From a virus (Duplodnaviria; Caudoviricetes): a stretch of 43,222 bases of DNA. The notes under the pieces were generated by a model. It was given only the letters and a program-made list of their open reading frames with translations, was not told where the DNA came from and made no database searches. Positions 37,307 to 43,222 of the stretch are shown here, piece after piece; the stretch's first letter is position 1, and the number at the start of each line of letters is the position of its first letter. The DNA lies in the IMG/VR virus record IMGVR_UViG_3300017653_000087, positions 1-43,222 of that record. The stretch is one strand, 5' to 3'. A program made the position numbers and the translations under genes.

Positions 37307-37636
37307 ATGAAGAAAGATCTCTCAGACCACAACATCGCACCCTTTGCCGAACTCGAGCAGGCGCTGGAGCGTCAGGGCTATGGCACCGTCTCACTGTCCA
37401 TGCAGGTCCACAAGGGCAAAATCGTGAGCTTAATGGGTCATCAATTCCAGCACGTCAGGTATCGGGAGGGGGAGAACGCCAAAGCCGTGGCTCAGGTGAT
37501 CGGTGAGATCAAGCAGACGTCCCAAGACAAGCGCTCTGGCACGTTCACCTTCTCGATCACGTTCAACGAGGGAGACATCAAAGAGGTCGACATCCAGCGC
37601 AACCTCACTCGCCGCTATGCCCTCAGTGAAAAGTGA
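37307..37636 (+). CDS. Hypothetical protein with two internal repeats
   Basis: YGTVSLSMQVHKGKI and SGTFTFSITFNEGDI repeats. Confidence 0.6.
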   Translation: MKKDLSDHNIAPFAELEQALERQGYGTVSLSMQVHKGKIVSLMGHQFQHVRYREGENAKAVAQVIGEIKQTSQDKRSGTFTFSITFNEGDIKEVDIQRNLTRRYALSEK

Positions 37637-37730
37637 TTGACATAACCGTGGAAAGCACGTACAATTGAGTGAATTAGGCGAGAGCTTATCAAGCACACCC
37701 TAGATCCCACGCGGATCGGGGTGTTTTTTT
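37637..37730 (+). promoter_or_regulatory. Promoter, small hairpin and terminator leader of the portal operon
   Basis: TTGACA-17-TACAAT; GCTTATCAAGC; ACACCC..GATCC/GGATC..GGGTGT with T-run, then ATG. Confidence 0.7.
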
Positions 37731-39650
37731 ATGGCCAGGAACCAAAAACCGACGAAAAACGAGCAGAAACTCGCAAGAGCAGAGCAAGACCAGGCACGCA
37801 GATCAACCGACCTGGTGGCTATGCGTCTGAATGAGGACTGGCGCTATGCTGACCAGGCCCTCGAGAAGCTCAGACCACTCTGGCGGGACAACGAGAAGCT
37901 CTTCTACAACCAGGAGAAGGGAGCTTTGGCAGAAGACCTGGCTAAATCCAACGTCAACGACACCCACCTCTCCACCGCCGTCATCCAACGCACCCAACGC
38001 ATCATGGCTCAACCCCCAAGTGGGTCGATCAAAGCCACCGACCGCCACGATAAAGGCAAGCAGATGCTGATGCAGATCATCCTGGACCGCTACGTCAAGC
38101 CAAACGCCAACGCCCAGTTCTCCCACCTCACCAAGCTCAAGCTCTGGACAATCTACTCGCAAGTCTATGGCTCAATGCCGGTGCTGGTGGACTACTCTGT
38201 CCGTGACGACTACATCGGACCCGACTTCTGGCTGATCCCGATCGACCAGTACTACCCACAACCAGGCGTGACCGCTCCTAACGACATGGAATATTGTTTC
38301 GTTGATTCGTTCGTCTCCCTTGACTGGCTTGCGAAGCGGCCGACAGGCGAGGAGTTTGGCTGGAGCAACATCGACGAGCTGATCACAAGGGTCAAGGAAC
38401 GTGAGGGTAAGGCCAAGTACGCCTACGACTACCAGACGTTTGCTGAATCCAAGTGGGGTGGCATCGACTACGGTGGCAAGGGACGCTTTGCTCGAGTTCT
38501 GCTGCGCACCAAGTACTGTCGAGATCGCTGGTACACCTACGCGCCTGACTTCATGGATGCAGGGTTGATCCGCGATATTCCCAACCCGCACAACAACAAC
38601 AAGCTCCCGATTGTTTTGAAGCAAACCATCCCACTCATGGACCGAGCCGCAGGATTGGGAGACATCGAGCGTGGTGCACCGACGCAGAAAGCGATGAACA
38701 GTCTTATCAACCTCTATATGGACACCGTCAAGATGTCCCTCTTCCCGCCGATGATCGTCAACAAATCAGGCGTGGTGCCGTCATCCATGCGCTGGACACC
38801 TGGGGCGTTCTGGAACGAGACGACACCAAACTCTATTCGCCAGCTGCAACTCTCCCCGCAAGGCACCAACACGTTCCAATCAGTCGCCGGCTTCCTGATC
38901 GCCAACCTCAACAACATGATGGGCACCTCAGATATGAGTGTGCAGAAAGACGTCGACCCAGCCCTCGGCAAGACCCCACAAGCCGTCAAGCTCCAGGCAG
39001 CGCGGGAGTCAGCGGCCGACAACTGGGAACGTGACTCACTCGAAGAGGCATTAGGCGAGCTCTACGACCGTTTCGTGGATCTGATCGCCAGGAAAAATGA
39101 GAAACCAATCGACATGGACCTGTTCGAAGGTGAAATCGAAGAGATCGAAGCGATGTACCCGGACGTCGTGGAGTTGTTTGAGGACGACAAGGGCGGCAAG
39201 ATCACGATCAAGCCCGACATGCTCAAAGGCTCCTACAAGTTCACGATCGACCCTGGCTCAACCCTCATGCGCGATCAGGCGATGCAGAACCAGGAGATCA
39301 TGAGCGTGATCACGATGCTGCTCAACACCACCAACCCGCAGACGGGCGTCTCGATGCTGGCTGAGTCAATGCGCCAGAAAGGCAAAGACATCGATCTTGC
39401 TGAACTCGTCAAGGGCTTTATCGCAACCAGTAACCTGCCGAACAAGGACAAGATCGTCGTCGACTACATCGAGCCACAGCCAGCACCAGAGATGGGTATG
39501 CCAGGCATCGCACAGGAGCAGACCATCGACCCAATGACGGGGCAACCGGTGCCTCAGCAACAACCACAGGGGCAAGAGGGCTTCAATGATCCAGCTATCC
39601 AGGCGATGGCTGAGCAGTTGATGGGAGGAGGACAGAGTGGCTCCTTCTAA
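37731..39650 (+). CDS. Portal protein (P22-like)
   Basis: 639 aa after terL; P/Q-rich tail; KTPQAVKL motif. Confidence 0.8.
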   Translation: MARNQKPTKNEQKLARAEQDQARRSTDLVAMRLNEDWRYADQALEKLRPLWRDNEKLFYNQEKGALAEDLAKSNVNDTHLSTAVIQRTQRIMAQPPSGSIKATDRHDKGKQMLMQIILDRYVKPNANAQFSHLTKLKLWTIYSQVYGSMPVLVDYSVRDDYIGPDFWLIPIDQYYPQPGVTAPNDMEYCFVDSFVSLDWLAKRPTGEEFGWSNIDELITRVKEREGKAKYAYDYQTFAESKWGGIDYGGKGRFARVLLRTKYCRDRWYTYAPDFMDAGLIRDIPNPHNNNKLPIVLKQTIPLMDRAAGLGDIERGAPTQKAMNSLINLYMDTVKMSLFPPMIVNKSGVVPSSMRWTPGAFWNETTPNSIRQLQLSPQGTNTFQSVAGFLIANLNNMMGTSDMSVQKDVDPALGKTPQAVKLQAARESAADNWERDSLEEALGELYDRFVDLIARKNEKPIDMDLFEGEIEEIEAMYPDVVELFEDDKGGKITIKPDMLKGSYKFTIDPGSTLMRDQAMQNQEIMSVITMLLNTTNPQTGVSMLAESMRQKGKDIDLAELVKGFIATSNLPNKDKIVVDYIEPQPAPEMGMPGIAQEQTIDPMTGQPVPQQQPQGQEGFNDPAIQAMAEQLMGGGQSGSF

Positions 39651-39954
39651 GCTCACGCAGATCTACGACCAGTTGAAGCGAGCTGGAGAACGGGATCACG
39701 AGGCTGATGATAAAGACCTTGCTGGTCTTGCCGAATCTCACTACTGGCGAGCTCTCAAGGAAGTCGTGCTCCAGCCACGCATCAATGCACTGTATCTGCT
39801 CTCAGAAGAGCTCACCGGCGTCATGACGGGCCAACTCTCCAAAGAAGCGTTTGCCGAGCGGGTGATCGCAGCCAGGATCGCCGCAGGTCACCTACAAGAC
39901 ATCATCGACACGATCGAGGCGACACACGACGCACTGACCGATGGAAACGCATGA
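39637..39954 (+). CDS. Hypothetical protein (portal-adjacent)
   Basis: GGAGGA SD; helical. Confidence 0.6.
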   Translation: MAPSKLTQIYDQLKRAGERDHEADDKDLAGLAESHYWRALKEVVLQPRINALYLLSEELTGVMTGQLSKEAFAERVIAARIAAGHLQDIIDTIEATHDALTDGNA

Positions 39955-40156
39955 GGAACCATTGCACATTGAAACGAACAGGGATCAACTGACCCCCATG
40001 ACGAGGCCTGGGATGGCTGGTCATGAGTGGAGACAGCAGGGACCGTACCTACGGTGTCATAGCTGTCCGCTGAGTCATGCCGTCTATGTCGGTGTCAACG
40101 TCATGCTGATCGGTTTTCTCCCGACTGGAGAACCAAACCTCCGGCGTGTGCGGTGA
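39941..40156 (+). CDS. Hypothetical protein
   Basis: HEWRQQGPYLRCHSCPLSH. Confidence 0.6.
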   Translation: METHEEPLHIETNRDQLTPMTRPGMAGHEWRQQGPYLRCHSCPLSHAVYVGVNVMLIGFLPTGEPNLRRVR

Positions 40157-40281
40157 GGCGCTTTCGTCATCTAGAGCGCTTCGCCGGACATGCTGACCTG
40201 ATCCGTCAGGGAGTCCGAGAGAGGTCGACCCATCTCAGAACGGGTCCGAGGATACTTTCCTCTGAAACGAGGTGAAACATT

Positions 40282-41112
40282 ATGAACAATGAGGAACAGG
40301 CTGAGGAGCTAAACACTCCAATGGAGGGAGAGCCAACCCCCCAGGAATCGCCAACCGAAGAACAAGCTCCAGTGGAGACTGAGCAGACAGAGACACCGGC
40401 CGGTGAGGATGTCACTCAAGACAACACTGAAGAACCTTTACAAGCCGAAGAAGTGAAGCCAACGAGAGCCGAGCGACGAGTCCATCAACTCCTCGACAAA
40501 CTCAAGGAACGCGGAGCAGAACAGCAACAGGGTACGCCACAGTACCAGCCGTCTCAAGACGGAGCGCCGTTTGCAAACGCACCCTGGAACGCACAGCAGG
40601 CAGAAAGCCTCTGGCAACCAGGAGCCGAACTCACACCACAGGAAATCGATCAGGAGCTCAACCGCCGAGCTGCTGCGATTGCTGAACTCCAGACGCGCAG
40701 AATCCTGCAAGAGCAGGAGCAGCAACAGCAGTACCGCTCAACGGTAACGAGTTACACGAACGATCTGGAGAGTGTGAGTAGCGCGCCAGAGTTTGAAGAC
40801 AAGGGATTTGAGAAAGCGTTTATCAAGCTCTACGAGAAGCTGAACTTTGAAAACGGCCAGTTCGTGCCACGCGCAACGCCGAGTGAGATCTACAACGATC
40901 TCAAAAGCGCTCGTGAGGCCGGACAACTGGAAGGAGCCAAGAAGACTAATGCCACGATCGCGCAGCAGGCCGCAAGCCAAGCGATTGCGCCAAGTGTCGG
41001 GAATACCGATACCGGTGCATCCGAGCTGGATGCGATCAGGCACCAGGCGGTCGTCACTGGCTCGACAGAAGCATGGGCAGAGTACCTGAAACGGCGCTCA
41101 CCCATGAAGTAA
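40282..41112 (+). CDS. Capsid scaffolding protein
   Basis: Acidic N-terminus, RAERRVHQL, coiled coil, directly before the capsid gene. Confidence 0.75.
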   Translation: MNNEEQAEELNTPMEGEPTPQESPTEEQAPVETEQTETPAGEDVTQDNTEEPLQAEEVKPTRAERRVHQLLDKLKERGAEQQQGTPQYQPSQDGAPFANAPWNAQQAESLWQPGAELTPQEIDQELNRRAAAIAELQTRRILQEQEQQQQYRSTVTSYTNDLESVSSAPEFEDKGFEKAFIKLYEKLNFENGQFVPRATPSEIYNDLKSAREAGQLEGAKKTNATIAQQAASQAIAPSVGNTDTGASELDAIRHQAVVTGSTEAWAEYLKRRSPMK

Positions 41113-41153
41113 CGCCACCGATGAGGGGCAGAAAGTGAGGTGAATACATAACT

Positions 41154-42041
41154 ATGGCACAAGCTAGTGCAGCATTAACATATACAACAACAGGAAACCG
41201 CGAAGATCTGTCTGATGTGATCACAAACATATCACCAACAGAAACACCGATGTTTTCTAGTTTTGGCAAAGTGAAAGCAGAAAGCACCTACCACGAATGG
41301 TTGACCGACAGTTTAGCAACCGCGACTGCGAACAAACACATCGAAGGTGCTGACTACTCATTTACTCGACCTACATCACGCACACGACTTGGGAACTATA
41401 CCCAAACACTCGTGACTGACGTTGAAGTGTCTGACACCCAACGGGCTGTCAACACCGCAGGTCTTGAAGACGAGTTTGCATACCAAATGGCAAAAGCGAT
41501 GAAAGAACACGCACTCGACATCGAATACGCGATTGTAAACGGTACCGGAAACTCCGGAGCATCCGGTACAGCACGCGAGATGAAAGGTGTGCTTGCGTTC
41601 ATCACTACCACCAACGTGACAGGAACCGGCACAGGAAACGAAACCCTGACCGAAGACATGTTCAACGGCGCTCTCGAAGACATCTGGGAGCAAGGTGGAC
41701 GACCTGACACCGCGTTTGTAAACGGTAGTCAAAAACGAAAAGTATCTGGCTTTACCGGTGGATCAACCAAATACGTTGAAGCTCCTGAAAAGGAAGTGGT
41801 CAACGCGGTTGACGTCTACGATTCTGACTTCGGTCGAATCAAGGTCAGGCTCGATCGTTTCATGCCGACAGGCACCGTCGCACTCTTGCAATCAGATCTC
41901 TGGAAAGTGGCAACACTCAGACCAACAAAGAGAATCGACGTTGCAAAAGTCGGCTCTGCGACTCGTGCGGTGATCGAAACCGAACTCACCATCGAGTCTC
42001 GTCAAGAAGCAGGATCAGGAAAGATAACCCAGTTATCGTAA
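41154..42041 (+). CDS. Major capsid protein (SU10/DUF5309-like)
   Basis: REDLSDVITNISPTETP, HEWLTDSL, NYTQ, YDSDFG, R(E)MKG. Confidence 0.9.
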   Translation: MAQASAALTYTTTGNREDLSDVITNISPTETPMFSSFGKVKAESTYHEWLTDSLATATANKHIEGADYSFTRPTSRTRLGNYTQTLVTDVEVSDTQRAVNTAGLEDEFAYQMAKAMKEHALDIEYAIVNGTGNSGASGTAREMKGVLAFITTTNVTGTGTGNETLTEDMFNGALEDIWEQGGRPDTAFVNGSQKRKVSGFTGGSTKYVEAPEKEVVNAVDVYDSDFGRIKVRLDRFMPTGTVALLQSDLWKVATLRPTKRIDVAKVGSATRAVIETELTIESRQEAGSGKITQLS

Positions 42042-42103
42042 CCCTGACCCCGTGGGAGGAGGTTCTCAGGCCTGGAGGCCTCCTCACCACAAACGAACCA
42101 ACT

Positions 42104-42415
42104 ATGGAACTTACAGAACAAGACATCAAGGAAGCTATCGGCAAGGTGGCTGACCGTATCAACCACCGCAGGCGGACCGAACTGCTCAACATCCTCGACG
42201 GGAAGAGCGCCCTCTACGCCTACGCCAAGCGGATGCGCGAGCTACAGGTCTTTAACCACGGCAACAAGAGTAAGTCGATGCGCAAAATCGCCTCGATGCC
42301 GGCTGAGATCGACGCGTTCTTTACCAAGCTCTACGGACCTGACTACTACAAGGAACGGGACTTCTTCGATCGCTTCGCCTCGGAATGGAAAGTGGTCAGC
42401 GACCGGACGTCCTGA
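42104..42415 (+). CDS. Hypothetical protein
   Basis: MRKIASMP motif; follows the capsid gene. Confidence 0.6.
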   Translation: MELTEQDIKEAIGKVADRINHRRRTELLNILDGKSALYAYAKRMRELQVFNHGNKSKSMRKIASMPAEIDAFFTKLYGPDYYKERDFFDRFASEWKVVSDRTS

Positions 42416-42417
42416 TT

Positions 42418-42426
42418 TGCTATAAT
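42418..42426 (+). promoter_or_regulatory. Extended -10 promoter for the glycosylation cluster
   Basis: TGcTATAAT 15 nt before the ATG at 42442. Confidence 0.55.
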
Positions 42427-42441
42427 ACTTACCATAACTCT

Positions 42442-43222
42442 ATGAACATCCTGCTCTGCATGGCTGAATCTCCTGACGGGTGCACCTGGTACCGCGTCCA
42501 GCAGTTCGTCGACAGCGCCAACCGTCAGAAGCTGGCCGAGCACCGCTTCCTCAAGTGGTCGCTCTCAGACGCAGAGATGGCCAACCTCATCACACAAGCT
42601 GACGTTTTCCTGCTCCGTCTCAACGACAAAGCGCCAACCATCGTCAAGACGCTCAAGGCCTCGCCCAACCGACGACCGATCATCCTCGACATCGACGACT
42701 CCTACGACCACATCAACGTGCTCTCAGATATGTACCGGATCCTGGGGACCGACGAGGTCAAACTCGAGGACGGTTCGTACCTATGGAAAGATGGTGAGGG
42801 GAAGTTTGATCTCGAAGCGAACCGACAGCGAATCGCCTCCTACGAGCAGGTCATGCGCGAGGTTGACGCCATCATCGTGACGACGCTCACACTTCGCACC
42901 TACGCGCTCCAGTTCAACCCTAACGTGGTCGTGGTCCCCAACAGCATTGACCCCGTCCTCTTTCCTGACGTCTCTGTGAAGCGGGATAACACCATACGGA
43001 TAGTGTGGAGCGGTGGGTCCTCACACTACGACGACCTGGCCGAGATCGCGCCGGTCATTCGCGAGATCCTGCGCGAGTACCCCAACGTCGAGTACCACCA
43101 CGTCGGACAGCGCTTCCCCGGCATCTTCAAGATGCTGGACTCAAACCGCGTCTTTCAACACCGCTGGTTGCACCCAGAAGCGCACGGCTATCGCCTCGCC
43201 ACGCTGGGAGGGGATATTGGCC
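42442..43222 (+). CDS. GT-B fold (GT4-like) glycosyltransferase, N-terminal part; continues across the origin to 458 (about 371 aa total)
   Basis: Not in the ORF track because it runs off the end. Read by hand: MNILLCMAESPDGCTWYRV...IILDIDD...VVVVPNSID...IVWSGGSSHYDDL; in frame with 33..458. Confidence 0.85.
   Translation, partial: MNILLCMAESPDGCTWYRVQQFVDSANRQKLAEHRFLKWSLSDAEMANLITQADVFLLRLNDKAPTIVKTLKASPNRRPIILDIDDSYDHINVLSDMYRILGTDEVKLEDGSYLWKDGEGKFDLEANRQRIASYEQVMREVDAIIVTTLTLRTYALQFNPNVVVVPNSIDPVLFPDVSVKRDNTIRIVWSGGSSHYDDLAEIAPVIREILREYPNVEYHHVGQRFPGIFKMLDSNRVFQHRWLHPEAHGYRLATLGGDIG
43100..43222. repeat. Terminal direct repeat, copy 2
   Basis: Identical to 1-123. Confidence 0.97.

Noticed and set aside
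40157-40281. Hairpin-rich spacer before the scaffold gene (and 41113-41153) as a hammerhead ribozyme
   Set aside because: No CUGANGA core with correctly paired stems
43100-43222. 123-bp terminal repeat as a biological DTR
   Set aside because: It falls mid-gene and is most simply an assembler circular overlap
1-43222. tRNA, rRNA, CRISPR array, integrase or alternative genetic code
   Set aside because: None recognised by eye; genes are full length under code 11 and use all three stop codons

Overview
A complete circular genome of about 43.1 kb (bases 1-123 repeat exactly at 43100-43222) of a podovirus-like tailed phage. It appears to live as a phage-plasmid: no integrase is visible, and a plasmid-type block encodes ParA with a small partner, a replication initiator, two VirD4/HerA-like ATPases flanking a replication-relaxation protein, and ArdC. 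The virion module runs TerS, TerL, portal, scaffold, capsid, a glycosyltransferase/C-methyltransferase cluster, ejection proteins (one with a GNAT insert), adaptor, nozzle, fibre and lysis genes. The early region has ERF, SSB, RusA, two YopX genes and many small ORFs. Most unusual feature: a 312-aa intein in the Walker A motif of the second ATPase. It has no in-frame endonuclease; a complete HNH endonuclease gene with its own near-consensus sigma70 promoter sits inside it on the opposite strand while the intein frame stays open. Also notable: a duplicated, covarying riboswitch/attenuator-like leader, and three virion-operon leaders sharing a promoter / small hairpin / terminator / ATG layout. 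All family assignments come from motif recognition, not database searches.
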